A stretch of 64,000 bases of DNA, taken from Cladosporium halotolerans (taxonomy: Eukaryota). The stretch lies in the NCBI RefSeq assembly GCF_011745625.1, contig NW_027191479.1, positions 124,001-188,000 on the forward strand. Reading direction: 5' to 3'. Each line of letters begins with the position of its first letter. Position 1 is the stretch's first letter. A program made the translations under genes and the position numbers. Under the pieces are notes generated by a model. The model saw only the letters and a list, made by a program, of their open reading frames with translations, did no database searches and had not been told where the DNA came from. This document shows, in pieces, positions 43,737-55,082 of this stretch.

Positions 43737-45130
43737 CTAAGCACGACCAAAAGCCGACGGTAGACGACCCAATGAATAATCGCGCTTCGTCATATCAGGC
43801 CCTGCAGTCTCGACCGATGGATTGACAACCGTTTGCCCCATGACGGGCCGTGGCACTTTCGGGTTGTTCGCAGGCGCTCTTGTCGGCGTCGAAAAGGGAG
43901 CCGGAGCCGTCCACGAGGCTGGCCATGTTGCGCCAGCATAGGAAGTAAAATCCCTTGGGGCCTCCGGCGCCGAAGCGGGGACGGCAGGTGCGCTCACGAC
44001 TTCGTAGACATTGAGATAATTGACTTCCCAGTAGGACTCGAGGAACGCTTGCGGGGTGTTTGCGACGAAGATGTTGCAAGATTCCCAGGACTTACTGGTT
44101 GCCTAATGCCTTATCGTCAGCACCGTATGAATGATACATTAAGGTCACTTACCATAGGACATCCGTGCGTCTGAAACGTCTCACCGGCGTTGCTGCCGCA
44201 GAAGTCTGTGTTGAAGATCATCTGCTGTTCGTGGAAGTGAGCGTCGAAGTCGCATGAGCCTTGAAAGTTCGCCACAGGCAAGCCGAACTCGCTCAGCAGG
44301 GGAGCTTTAGTTTTGCTCTTGATCGATGGCGGGATTTCACTGCGATGGAAAGTCCACATTTGCATGCCTTGAGACGTCCAGAGCAATACGAAAACACCGC
44401 CACCAGCCCCATTCAGAGCAGCGCCAGAGAGCTGATTTGATGAGACGGTGCAGCCAGTGTATGAGTTTGCGTACTTTGGGGTCTGTTAGTGAAGCCACTT
44501 CGTGCTAGGGCCTCACATGCTTACCGCACAATCGTTGGTTAGGAGTGTACCAGACTGGCCAGTGCCAGCAATTGTGCAATTCGGCACAGAGTCAGAATGC
44601 AAGGACATGATATTGCTCTTCTGGTTGTTGGTCTGCTCAATGATGTCGACTTCACCCGTCGTAGGCCAGACGCCATTGCCCAGAAGCCAAAACGCAGGCC
44701 AAGTGCCGCAACTGCAAAGTCATCAGTCGGGCTCGGGAATCAATGAGTGCATCACTCAAACGCAAAGATTCACTTACACGTCCGCAGGCACGTGCGCTAC
44801 ATCCAGCACGAACAAGCCATGAGTGAAGGTCTGCACACTGTGCAGACGAAGTGACTTGCGGCCGAGATTGGCATTGGGATCGAGAATGCTGCTGGTGTCG
44901 ACACCCCAGCGCGCAATGCCGGTCTTGCCAATCTCGGTGATGTTGACCAGGCCATACTGTTCAGCGACAGTCAAGCTCACGTAGTCGACGTAGCCGAAGG
45001 TAGGATCCCAGCCTTCGTAGAGAGTGAAGGCGCGGTTGAAGAAATCGAGTCCCTTGTATGACTGTAGCAGGTTGAAGGTTTGGGAGTGAGCTAGGGCGAC
45101 GATGCTGAGTATGGTCCAGAGCAGGGCCAT
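43737..45130 (-). CDS. Secreted GH16 endo-1,3(4)-beta-glucanase (fungal Lam16A-like) with Pro/Ala/Thr tail; introns 44712-44777, about 44474-44524, 44103-44152
   Basis: Signal peptide; WDPTFGYVDYV, GRKSLRL, CGTWPAFW, catalytic GEVDIIE, GGGVFVLLW, IFNTDFCG, ESYWEVNYLNVY. Confidence 0.88.
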
Positions 45131-45783
45131 GGTGGACGGTGGACGAATCGTGCAGATTGTCTGTTAGCGACAGGAGTTGTTGGTCTTTATGCACGATGAA
45201 GTTGCGCAGTTAACGAAGGCCTTAGGTACTGATGAATGGACCGTGGCCAGATCCAACCAGGTAGTACCTGCCGCTCGACCTTAAATCCCAGCATGTGGCA
45301 GGCGCGACGGCCACAATCCGCGCGGCGTGGCACACACGACACAGACTTCACTCCTGCAATCTGACGGCCGTGTGCGATCCATGCATTTGGTCGAAGGATG
45401 GAGTCAGCACGAAGACAGCTTTGTTTGTCTACACACCAGCTGTTACACAGTTTCGATATTGACGGATGTCCTGTTTCACCAGCTTCGTCTGTCCCCGGTT
45501 TGTGGGCTGACCACAACCATCGTACAACTTGCGAGGACAGGTGAGGTCTGGAACTTTGTGGGATATAGATGTTTGACAGGTTGACGCTGCCACCGCTGCT
45601 GAGACTGGGAATGCAGTGTTTGGTAATCTGAAGAAAAATGAAAAACGTGAGGCGAGTCTATCTATCTTTTCAGCCGTGTAAATCCAAACTCCACATGGCC
45701 CTATGCTCCAAAATGAGCCGGCTAATTTACAAATGGTGGTACATTACAATTCTGTCATAGACATGGACGGCGGAAAACCAGTC

Positions 45784-47331
45784 CTACCTCCCGAGCTTCG
45801 CATTGAGCATGGCGTCCGGACCGCGCTTGCCCACCTGTGATGAAGACGCGCCAGAAGCAGCGGCCTTCCTCAGCAGCTGCAGAGTGCGAGTGGGGATCCA
45901 GACTCTGCTGCCAAGCAAGAATACGCCGCTGAGCAGAGCCAAGGCGCCGGCTTGGTGAGCAGCGGCGAGAGGTGTGGGCACGAGGTACCAGAGGGTGGTG
46001 ATACCGAGTGCGACTTGCAGGGAGACGAGGTGGACGACGCCGAGCATGCCCTTCTTCGCATCGTTCGGCAGTGTTGTGCGGACGCGTGGCGAGAAGCGGG
46101 TGTAGCCCCAAAGCGCGATGATGGCGCTGAAGGTCGTGATGGCGAGCGCACGGTGGTCAAGCTGGACGAGTACCGGGTTCTCGAGCATGTTTCTCCACCA
46201 CAAGTCCGACTGGTCCGGCACGTGGCTGTAGAAAGGATCGAGCAACTCGCGCTTGGGCGGCAGAATGTTCTGGCCCATCCAGGGGAAGTCGTTATAGATC
46301 ATGCCAGCGTCAAGACCAGCAACAAGCGCGCCGGACATAGCTGTTGTGAAAACAAGGGCGCTCAGTGCGGCGGTCATGCGGCGAAAAGGACGAAGCTGCG
46401 GTGACTGAAGGATCTCAAGAGCCTTGAGGCCCTCCTGCGGGTTGGCGAGAAGACGGTGCTGGCGAAGGATTGCAAGACCGTTCCAGAGCATGTAAAGGTA
46501 CGCAATGAATGCGGTTCCAAGATGGGCAGCCAGGCGGTACTGAGAGACACGAGGGTAGCTGCCGGTCTCAAGGAGCTCGTCCTTGAGACCAGACTTGACC
46601 ATCCACCAACCGATGACACCCTGGAAGCCGATGAGGGAGCAGATGCCCGCTAGGCGATAGGCCATCGGCTTGCTGACTTTCCTTCGCGCAACGAAATAAA
46701 TCGTGGGAAGCAAGAAGGTGATGCCCACGACTCTGCCCCAGAGCCTGTGTCCCCATTCCATCCAGTAGATCTGCTTGAAGTCCTCAAGGTCCATGTGAGA
46801 GTTCAGCATCTTGAACTCTGGGCTAAGCTTGTACCGTGTGTATTCATATTCCCAGTGCTCCTGGTTCATCGGAGGAAACGATCCAGTCACAGGCCGCCAT
46901 TCTGTGATACTGAGGCCAGATTCCGTAAGTCGAGTGAGGCCACCGAAGATGACAATGCCGAAGACGCTGGCTGCGGAACCCAGTAACCAATATGCCACGC
47001 TCTTGGTGCTGGTCTCGGGGAAAGAGGACTTGGCTCGTTTCGCCTCCTCCTTGGGGAATTGTCCAATGGTCTGGCTCAGTGCACCAAGCGGCGATGCACC
47101 TGCGTTCGAAGGAGCGGCGGCGGAGGAAGAGTTGTGCCTCGCTGCAGGCGGGATGCGGTAATGACCTGGCCTGCGGAAGGCCTCCAAGAATGGTGTCTGC
47201 CGGGCGGACTGGTAGGGCTGCTGGCGCTGCTGGTGGATGCATCTCTTGCAGACGAATGCGTCTTCGAGGATTCGGCTCGCTTTGATGGTCAGTCGAGCCC
47301 GCAAGGGCGATATAGCCAGCGAGGCCGCCAT
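45784..47331 (-). CDS. COX15: Heme A synthase
   Basis: GGLTRLTESGLSITEWRPVTG, YWMEWGHRLWGR, GWWMVKSGL, VSQYRLAAHLG, SGALVAGLDAG, VQLDHR, LAAAHQAGAL. Confidence 0.96.
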   Translation of the reverse strand: MAASLAISPLRARLTIKASRILEDAFVCKRCIHQQRQQPYQSARQTPFLEAFRRPGHYRIPPAARHNSSSAAAPSNAGASPLGALSQTIGQFPKEEAKRAKSSFPETSTKSVAYWLLGSAASVFGIVIFGGLTRLTESGLSITEWRPVTGSFPPMNQEHWEYEYTRYKLSPEFKMLNSHMDLEDFKQIYWMEWGHRLWGRVVGITFLLPTIYFVARRKVSKPMAYRLAGICSLIGFQGVIGWWMVKSGLKDELLETGSYPRVSQYRLAAHLGTAFIAYLYMLWNGLAILRQHRLLANPQEGLKALEILQSPQLRPFRRMTAALSALVFTTAMSGALVAGLDAGMIYNDFPWMGQNILPPKRELLDPFYSHVPDQSDLWWRNMLENPVLVQLDHRALAITTFSAIIALWGYTRFSPRVRTTLPNDAKKGMLGVVHLVSLQVALGITTLWYLVPTPLAAAHQAGALALLSGVFLLGSRVWIPTRTLQLLRKAAASGASSSQVGKRGPDAMLNAKLGR

Positions 47332-47857
47332 GGCTGCTTCCCGCGTTGTCAATGACAGGGCAGAGATTCGGGATTTGCTGCAGGTCGAGATCGAAGGATC
47401 GTGGACGCAAAGCTGACCAAAGGGTCTCGCTCGCCTGGCGTTTCCCGCGGCGGAGGCGGCGATATGCGGACTCCACTTCGCGCAACGGCTCTCCATCCAC
47501 TCGTGACGCTATCGCCCACCGTCGTCATCCGGGGCAGGTGAGGCAGGGCACGCGCGTGCCAGCGAACCCTGACTTCGCAGCTGGCGAGAAAGGCCTCGGA
47601 GCTCTCTGCGAGCAAAGGGCACACCCGTCAGCGTGCGGAGAATGCCTTACCTATGCTTCGCTGGCCAACAAGGTTTCTTCACGCTACACAACACAATACC
47701 GCACATGGCGTCACACCTCTGATTGTTTTTGCGACTTTCCTGCTGTTCTGTCGCACCAGATGGTCGCTCGCTCTTGACGCCGCGCCGGCCGGTCATCCCC
47801 CCACCAGCCCACCACTCAGCACCCTGTGATCAACATTCCTCTATCCGCTTTGCCACC

Positions 47858-50779
47858 ATGGACGGGCGCCTGTTTGCCGCTGACGAGGATGACGACGAAC
47901 ACACGCCCGTTCGCGAACGGCCAACATCGTCGTACTGGACTCCGGGCAGTATTCCTGCCGAACCTTCAGATCCTCAAGACCGCCCGGACAACGCCAGGCA
48001 GTATAGCTTGCCGCGGTCGATTTACACGCCTGATAACGGATCTATCTTCGGCTCAGGTGGCAGCAACCTGCCGCAACGACCAACGCTGAACGTACGAGCA
48101 CCTAGTGCAAACGCCATACTGGATCCCACACCGCACTCCGCTGGAGCGAGCCTGCCCTCCGCGAACAGTGCGGCCAGGCGGGAACGTAGGTACGAGGACG
48201 AAGTGAGGGCTACTGTGGACCGGCGACGGATACCCACCGTGGAAAAGGATGCAGACGATCCCAGTGCGGCTCCGAGTGCGTCGGTAGGGCACGAGAGACA
48301 GCGGAGCTCGACCCTCACAACGCTGAGCAGATTGTTTGCCGTTCAGGCCGCGACAAGCCCAGAAGCCAGCCGCGAGTCTTCGTTCATGCACCATGGGAAA
48401 CAGGCCGGGTACACGAGGCAGATGCACGGAGGGACCGCTGCTCTGCCGGAGCATCTTTACATAAGAGGATTGTTGCAAGGGAAGCATAGCGACATCACCG
48501 TACACGCATTCGGCAAGGAATACAAGCTTCACCGCCTCGTTTTGGATCGATCACCCTTCTTCGCTACGGCTTTGAGCGAGCCATGGCTGGAGGCAAACTC
48601 GAAAGAGATGACCGTCCGACCAGAGGAGATCGACGCAAGCATCACTCAGCACTCATTTGAATTAGCTCTCAGGCGACTGTATGGCTGCCCGTCCGTGGCT
48701 GAAGAAGACTCTCACGCCATTGGCCTCTTCGCCACAGGCTGCTGGCTCGAGATGCTCGACGTGATCGACTCTAGCGTTGAGAGCATGCTGCGGCAGATGA
48801 ACACTGAGACGCTGGCACCGCTCATCAACCTAGTCACTAAGAATTACTATGGCAAGTCTGGCGATAAGATCCTCGCCAGCGCAAAGGCGATGCTGTGCAG
48901 ATACGGTTGGCGGATGCCGCTCAGGTGTTGGGATGGAATCCCTGCTGATGTCGTCCGCGAGATTGTCGGTGGAGACGGCTTCTTCGTGGAGGGTGAGTGG
49001 GAGAGATGGATACTGGCCAAACGCATTCTTGACCGTAGACTCAAGGCCCGTGCTCTTGAGGCTGGCTTGGTCCAACCTGGCACTCGCAAAAAGGTGGCGA
49101 AGGCGCCACCGATTATGGGCATGATGGCTGTGCGTTTCGACGCTGTCGCTCGTCGTGCGGCACCTGCTGCATTCAGTCATGGCATTCCCGACAGCATGAC
49201 GAAGTACATCAGCCTATACACACATCCGACGGTAGAGCCACTGCTAGTATTACTAGACGAGGGCATTCACTACATCCATCTGGACTTTGAACAGCTCCAA
49301 TATCTCCGCCGGACGAAGGATGTCATGGGTCTTCCGGTCATGCCAGACAAGGTCGTCAGCAACGCACTGTGGCAACAGATGGAGCTTCGTCAGCGCGTCA
49401 TGAACGCACGAGATACCGACTTGGAGCTCGGTCTGTCGATTCAAGCCACCGAGGACGAGTCTACTTTTGACTCTCAGAGCGCTGCCAACAGCACCAAGGG
49501 CAAACATAGAGCCGCGAGCTCGTCCGCTTTTGACCATGACCTCGAGCAAGGCGAAGACGACTTCGACTCTCAGTCGTGGGATGGCACAGGTAGGCCACGC
49601 AAGTTCTGGATACCCAGCAGTGATTGCAACATTGTCATGGGAGGCAACGCAGAACCCTTCATCGCTACTTCTGGCATCAATCCGATTCAACGCGCGGCCC
49701 GCTTATCTGCTACGATTCAGCCAGAAGATTTGACATGGGCGTCCGACTTTGCTACCTCGACAACGGCAGCCCAGCCGAGGCCTAGTACATCAGACAGTGG
49801 CAGTACCGACATGCCTCCACCTGCTGTCAGCTACACCCACCTGCCACCCTTCCGCTTCAGCGCAGACTTCCCTGCCCCTCGCCTGCTCAAGGAGCGCAAG
49901 CGTGTCTACTCACGTACGGTCTTCTACGCTGGCTCGCTCTGGAACATCTACATCCAAAAAGTCGCTTCAGCCCGAAGCAACAAACAGCTCGGCGTCTACC
50001 TCCACCGAGCCAAAGAGCGCGAAACAGAAGAGGCAGTCTTCGGCTCCGGAAGCGGCGGCACCCGGGCAACAAACCTAGGCGGTGGCCACGTCGAGGGACG
50101 AATAGGCAGACTCGAACGCGAAATGGTCGCAGGCAGCGACCCACGTCGCAGACACCGCCAGCGCGACTCCATCGGCGAAGACATCCGCCTCGAAGGCGAA
50201 GACAGCAGTGGCTCCGCCGGCGAAGCGGACCCAAACCGCGACCCGGCCGCCGGGTCCAGCACCGACCCCTCCCGCTACAGCCTTCTCTCCCACCAAGTCG
50301 CCTCCCACCACCACCGCAAAACCGGCCAGACCGACGTCCTAGCCTCCTCCTCCCCCACCACGGCTTCCTTCGCCAATGCCCCAACCTCAGACTCTGACTC
50401 CGACTCCGACCTCGACCGTCCCCCACGCAACCCTTCCTCCCCCTCCCTCGCTCGCGCGGCGTCCAAACCCGCTCTCCCGCCCTACGTCGACGCCCGCCCG
50501 ACGATCAGAACGTACTTCAAGATCTACTCGCCCTCGCGCGGCGGCCGCATGCTGTCCGTCTACGAGTCGGCGCCCGACAGGTTCAACTTCTCCCAGAGCT
50601 GGGGCTGGAAGAGCAGCACGCTCATGCTCGACGATGGCATGCTGGCTGGGGACGAGGGCGAGCAGCAGGTTGGCGTGCTGGATGTGCCTGGGCATGAGGA
50701 GGCGGGCGCGGGGAGAGAGGGCGGGGAAAAGGTGGGGGATGGGCGGTTGAGGTTCATGGTTGTTATTGGGAATATTTAG
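47858..50779 (+). CDS. BTB/POZ-domain protein with C-terminal MATH-like segment
   Basis: SDITVHAFGKEYKLHRLVLDRSPFF; PPFRFSADF...VYSRTVFYAGSLWNIYIQK...LGVYLHR; FNFSQSWGWKSS; LRFMVVIGNI. Confidence 0.85.
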   Translation: MDGRLFAADEDDDEHTPVRERPTSSYWTPGSIPAEPSDPQDRPDNARQYSLPRSIYTPDNGSIFGSGGSNLPQRPTLNVRAPSANAILDPTPHSAGASLPSANSAARRERRYEDEVRATVDRRRIPTVEKDADDPSAAPSASVGHERQRSSTLTTLSRLFAVQAATSPEASRESSFMHHGKQAGYTRQMHGGTAALPEHLYIRGLLQGKHSDITVHAFGKEYKLHRLVLDRSPFFATALSEPWLEANSKEMTVRPEEIDASITQHSFELALRRLYGCPSVAEEDSHAIGLFATGCWLEMLDVIDSSVESMLRQMNTETLAPLINLVTKNYYGKSGDKILASAKAMLCRYGWRMPLRCWDGIPADVVREIVGGDGFFVEGEWERWILAKRILDRRLKARALEAGLVQPGTRKKVAKAPPIMGMMAVRFDAVARRAAPAAFSHGIPDSMTKYISLYTHPTVEPLLVLLDEGIHYIHLDFEQLQYLRRTKDVMGLPVMPDKVVSNALWQQMELRQRVMNARDTDLELGLSIQATEDESTFDSQSAANSTKGKHRAASSSAFDHDLEQGEDDFDSQSWDGTGRPRKFWIPSSDCNIVMGGNAEPFIATSGINPIQRAARLSATIQPEDLTWASDFATSTTAAQPRPSTSDSGSTDMPPPAVSYTHLPPFRFSADFPAPRLLKERKRVYSRTVFYAGSLWNIYIQKVASARSNKQLGVYLHRAKERETEEAVFGSGSGGTRATNLGGGHVEGRIGRLEREMVAGSDPRRRHRQRDSIGEDIRLEGEDSSGSAGEADPNRDPAAGSSTDPSRYSLLSHQVASHHHRKTGQTDVLASSSPTTASFANAPTSDSDSDSDLDRPPRNPSSPSLARAASKPALPPYVDARPTIRTYFKIYSPSRGGRMLSVYESAPDRFNFSQSWGWKSSTLMLDDGMLAGDEGEQQVGVLDVPGHEEAGAGREGGEKVGDGRLRFMVVIGNI

Positions 50780-51380
50780 CGTTTGCTTTTGAGCGTTGCT
50801 TTTTGGAGGTTGGTTCGCGGAGATCTAGCGTTTGTTGGTCGATTCGGCGTTGGTGCCTAGACACGACTGCAGCGTTTTATTGGTGACTTTGCCTGGCGTT
50901 TTCGATGCATTTTCCGGTTAGCGATTCTTGGCATTTCTGGACACGGCCTGAGCTATCACGAATATATGAAGCTACTTTTAAACTACTTGCCGGCGGTTGA
51001 GTTGTGTCACTTAAGGAGTTGACTTGTCTAAAGATCCAACTGAGGGGTGATGTCGGGTTGATATTTGAGCCCATCGGAGTTCGGTCCGACGTTTCGCAGA
51101 ACGACGCAACCTAAGGCCGCCGAGAGGCCGCGAGGTCATACAGAAGGGTAAGTGTTGCGTAAAGACGCATGTTTCGTTTCGCAAAGTGCCAAAAGACGTC
51201 GTGAGCCTCACAATTAAGCCATTGAAACACCTTTCATTATGCCAGAAGTCAAATAGAACACCGGTGGCAAGGTGCGAGAGACAGAGCATATCAGAAATAC
51301 CATTCAATTATTTTCACATCATTCCAATCAAAGGCACAGAAGGGAAAAACCCGCTCATCATAACACCTCCATTCACCCAT

Positions 51381-51704
51381 CTATTTCTTCCCCTCCTTCT
51401 CCTCCTGCGCCCCCTGCGCCGTCTGCTTCTGCAGGTCCTCCATGTGCTGCTTGTGGTCGCCGACGTTCTGCCTGTCCGCCGCGACGTGCGACTCCGACTG
51501 CGACGCCAGCTCCTCGTGCCAGTGGCCCTTGCCCTCCTTCTGCTTCTGCAGCTGCTCGTGCTTGATCCGGTCCGCTTCCTCGGGGCTCTTGGCGCTGTCT
51601 TCTTTCAGGCGGAGGAGCGGGGCGGAGGAGAAGGGGCGGGCGATGGGGGCTGCGAAGGTGCGGATGGCGGTGGGGCGGGCGAGGCGGAGGGTTGGGGAGA
51701 GCAT
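51381..51704 (-). CDS. Small mitochondrial-targeted protein of unknown function
   Basis: Arg/Ala/Ser presequence (MLSPTLRLARP...RPFSSAPLLRL), charged helix and GKGHWHEELASQSESHVAADR motif; coding-like codon usage. Confidence 0.75.
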   Translation of the reverse strand: MLSPTLRLARPTAIRTFAAPIARPFSSAPLLRLKEDSAKSPEEADRIKHEQLQKQKEGKGHWHEELASQSESHVAADRQNVGDHKQHMEDLQKQTAQGAQEEKEGKK

Positions 51705-52239
51705 CGTTGTGGTTGTTGGGTTGGTTGGTCGGGAGCTGGTTCGGTTGCTTGTTGGTTTGGAGCTGTGTCGTGTTCGAAGGTGATAGACTTACTTCGTAAG
51801 GTGTTGTATTGCTGCGGTATATTGTACAGGAGCTGGGTATCTTAGGTTTGTAAAAGGTGGTAGATAGGTTAAAGCACAAGTTAAGATCAGAGCAAATGGA
51901 AAACACAAGGAATAATCAATCGGCGCAATGGCCGTGCAGAACGCGTGAAGTTGCTAGGCAATGACCTCACTCACGATGGAATTATGACGTTGCGGGTCCT
52001 CCGACTTGCAGCAGAGCTGGAGCGAGCACATGGCACGCACGCACCGCGGGCCGAGGGATGACGGGGAAATGGAGGCCGATTGATCAATTCTGTAGAGAAA
52101 AAATAGCCTTTCGAAGAAGGTAGCCAGGTTTGTACGGAAATCTACATACTGTCGAGGCTCCAATATTGTATTGTCGCATCCCATTACGATGGCGGTTGGT
52201 CAAGGTATGATTTCAGTTTTGATCCCGATATTAACAAGG

Positions 52240-52248
52240 TAGTATACA
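52240..52248 (-). promoter_or_regulatory. Puf4-type element (UGUAUACUA) in the MAK5 3' UTR
   Basis: TGTATACTA about 20 nt after the MAK5 stop; matches UGUAHAHUA, the yeast Puf4 site typical of ribosome-biogenesis mRNAs. Confidence 0.35.
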
Positions 52249-52266
52249 GTACAAAATGCCGCAAGC

Positions 52267-54684
52267 CTACAAATCCTCCAGTCCCAAACTAGCACTTCCC
52301 AAAAACTCGCCCGTCTTTCCCTGCCCCAGCTCCTGCTGCCTCAGCAACTCATCAATATCCACCCTGCCCGAAGTAAGGTACTTCTCACTGACACCCACAT
52401 TCACCCTTTGCTTCAACAAATCCTTCAGCTCCGCCCTCATAGCCGCCGCCTCGCCCTTAGTCATATCCGCCGCCTCCCTCTCCTTCTTCTTCCTGTTCGC
52501 GCCGCGCCCCTGCCTGCCCGGCGCCTGCTTCTCGAACTCCTCAGAATCGTACTCCACGCCCAGCTCCTCGGCCGCGGCGCGCATGAAGTCGTCCTCTTTG
52601 CTCTTCTTCGTCTTCGCCGTCGCCATATCCGCTAGCTTCTTGGCCAGCTGTGCGCGAGGCCGCAGACGCGAAACAATGCGGCGGTCCATGTCCAGCGACC
52701 GGATGTAGTAGCCCTGCTTCGCGGCGACCGAGGCGTCGTCTTCGTGCCCTAGGGCGGATTTTGCATGCACTTTGGCAATCAGCCGGCGCGTACCATTAAC
52801 TTCTTCGGGCCCGCAGATGAGGATACTGGAGCCTTGCTGGCCAGCTCTGGCCGTGCGGCCGGAGCGGTGCACGTACATGTCGGCGGCGCGGGGCAGGTGG
52901 TAGTGAACTACGAGCTGGACGTTAGGGATGTCAAGACCTCTTGCCGCGACGTCGGTTGCGACGAGGATCGGCGCGGATTTGTTTTCTTTGGTGTCTTTGA
53001 AGCGCTCGACGGAGCGAAGACGGGCTTTCTGGATCATGCCGGAGTGGAGGGCCAGGGCAGGAAGCTCGAGGTTCTGCAGGAAAGGCGTGATGCGCTTTAC
53101 GGCGCTGATGGAGTTGCAGAAGACGAGGGTTCTTGCGTTGCGGTAGTGGAGCAGCAGGGTGTACAGGTAGAGATCTTTCTCTGTGCCGCCGCACTCGATC
53201 ATGCCTTCCTTGAGGCCGGTGGCCATTTGCGTGATGGGGTTGACGTCGACGAATTTTGGTGTCTCTTCGCGGAAGTTGAGCTTTTTGAGCAGGTATTCCA
53301 TGGACTCTCTGTTGCTCATCAGGTCACCACCACCAGCCTGGGCTTTGCCTGCAAGCTTCTTCTGCAAGCCTCTGTCAAAGGTCGCGGAGAAGACGAGAGT
53401 CTGCCTCTGGCCTTGGACTGCATTTTTGGTGTCTTTCGCGTTCTTGCCCTTCTTCTTTTGAGGAATATTGTTCGTGGGTTCCGGGTCTTCGTTCTCGGTC
53501 ACTTGACGGTCCAATACGTTCAAAATCTCCTCGACCTCTTTGAAGTGACCCTCGCTCAGCAAACGGTCCGCTTCGTCGACAACAAGGAATTGCAGTTCCT
53601 TTAGTGCGTCCATGAAGCCATGACCATCGCTGATGACTTCCCATAGCCGACCAGGAGTTCCAACAACGATGTCGGCATCCTTCAACTGGCGCTGCTGCTT
53701 CTGCACGGAGAGACCTCCAGTGATAGTCGCGATCAAGGGGCCTTCAAAAAGATTGTTCGAGCACAGCGCTTGCAAGTGATCGCTGAGCTGATGGGCAAGT
53801 TCTCTGGTCGGTGAAAGGATAAGTGCAAGTGGGGACTTGCGCTCGCTCTTTTGACGCACACTTCGCTGCTCCAAAAATCGCTCCAGGATGGGAATACCGA
53901 ATGCTAGAGTTTTACCAGATCCTGTTGACGCTTTGCCGATCACGTCGTGGCCCTCCAGGATCTCCGGGATCGCTGCACTTTGAATCGTTGAAGGCTTTGC
54001 AAACTTAAGTTTGGCTAGAGCAGACATAGTATCAGGAGAAAGTTTGAGAGGTAGCCATTCCGAAATGTCGGTCTCCTCATCGTCATCAGCTGCATCCAGG
54101 CCGTGGAATGCCCCTTGGGCTGAAGGAGCTACTGCTTTTTCGGTCGCTGATTTCTGAGCCTTAGATTTGGCATCTTCTTTTGGTTTAGGCTCAGCCTTCG
54201 ATTTCTTTTCCTTCTTCGCCTTCACTTCGTCTGCAGGAACCGATGCTGGTTCTGGAACATCTGCTTCTTTGCCGTTTTTCTTCACCTCAACTTCGTCAGC
54301 CGGAACAGCAGCTGGCTCAGGGACATCCGGTTCGTCGTCGCCGAAGCCAGTAAACTCCTCTCCATCAGATTCATATTCGTCAGATTCCTCTGCCGTTGGT
54401 TCATGGCGGGTCACATAAGAGACTTTGCCGGTGGCGTCGTCGCGCAGAACATCCACGTCGTCGATTTCCTCCAGGCCAAAAAATCCCTCGTAGTCGTCCA
54501 TCCGGTCCGGCATTGAGACATCTTTCCAAGGCAGTTTGTCCAGTCTTACGGGCTGTCGACCATTGCCCGTCTTTGCCTTTTTCGCAGGGCGCTCCGCAGT
54601 CGAGGGCTGCTCGGTCTTCTGCCTCTTGCGAGCCTTCATGGCCGCAACCTTGGGTGGCAGTGCTCTTTTGCCCTCTGCAGCCAT
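52267..54684 (-). CDS. MAK5: DEAD-box RNA helicase Mak5/DDX24
   Basis: GFFGLEEID N-motif, PSTIQ, ASTGSGKTLAFGIP, SPTRELAHQ, GGLSVQKQQRQL, GTPGRLWE, DEAD, SAT, TDVAARGLDIP, YVHRSGRTARAG. Confidence 0.95.
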   Translation of the reverse strand: MAAEGKRALPPKVAAMKARKRQKTEQPSTAERPAKKAKTGNGRQPVRLDKLPWKDVSMPDRMDDYEGFFGLEEIDDVDVLRDDATGKVSYVTRHEPTAEESDEYESDGEEFTGFGDDEPDVPEPAAVPADEVEVKKNGKEADVPEPASVPADEVKAKKEKKSKAEPKPKEDAKSKAQKSATEKAVAPSAQGAFHGLDAADDDEETDISEWLPLKLSPDTMSALAKLKFAKPSTIQSAAIPEILEGHDVIGKASTGSGKTLAFGIPILERFLEQRSVRQKSERKSPLALILSPTRELAHQLSDHLQALCSNNLFEGPLIATITGGLSVQKQQRQLKDADIVVGTPGRLWEVISDGHGFMDALKELQFLVVDEADRLLSEGHFKEVEEILNVLDRQVTENEDPEPTNNIPQKKKGKNAKDTKNAVQGQRQTLVFSATFDRGLQKKLAGKAQAGGGDLMSNRESMEYLLKKLNFREETPKFVDVNPITQMATGLKEGMIECGGTEKDLYLYTLLLHYRNARTLVFCNSISAVKRITPFLQNLELPALALHSGMIQKARLRSVERFKDTKENKSAPILVATDVAARGLDIPNVQLVVHYHLPRAADMYVHRSGRTARAGQQGSSILICGPEEVNGTRRLIAKVHAKSALGHEDDASVAAKQGYYIRSLDMDRRIVSRLRPRAQLAKKLADMATAKTKKSKEDDFMRAAAEELGVEYDSEEFEKQAPGRQGRGANRKKKEREAADMTKGEAAAMRAELKDLLKQRVNVGVSEKYLTSGRVDIDELLRQQELGQGKTGEFLGSASLGLEDL
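54211..54327 (-). repeat. 66-nt-period coding duplication in MAK5 (DVPEPAAVPADEVEVKK / DVPEPASVPADEVKAKK)
   Basis: Two diverged copies starting at 54327 and 54261. Confidence 0.75.
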
Positions 54685-55082
54685 TGTGACAGAGTTGCGT
54701 TGGTGCAATTAGGTATTATTCGCGATGAACTGCACGCGCTGGTGGAGATGGAGCGCCGAAAGAATTCTTGAAAGTCGGCGAGTGGCGCCCTGTGGCTCAG
54801 TCGAGCTGTGGCTGGCCCCGGCTTCTGAAGCTTGACCCACACGGTCGTGCGCTGATTGGCCGGTCTGCGCTTGCCTGCCAGCGCTCTGAGCGCTCACTTA
54901 CATTAATGCCTGCACACGCGTGAATCGCGGTCCGCGGCTCAGGCATCCTTGCAAGCACGAACAATGCCACTGCGTCAAAGCTACGAGCACCGCTTGTCGC
55001 CACGGACACGCGAAAGTCTCGGAGCTTCAACACTTGCAACTCTTACTGCGTGTCGGACTGATCGCACATCAATACGGCCAAA

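Noticed and set aside
47332..47496. Upstream in-frame ATG of COX15
   Set aside because: It would mask the presequence starting at 47331 and probably lies upstream of the TSS in the shared promoter.
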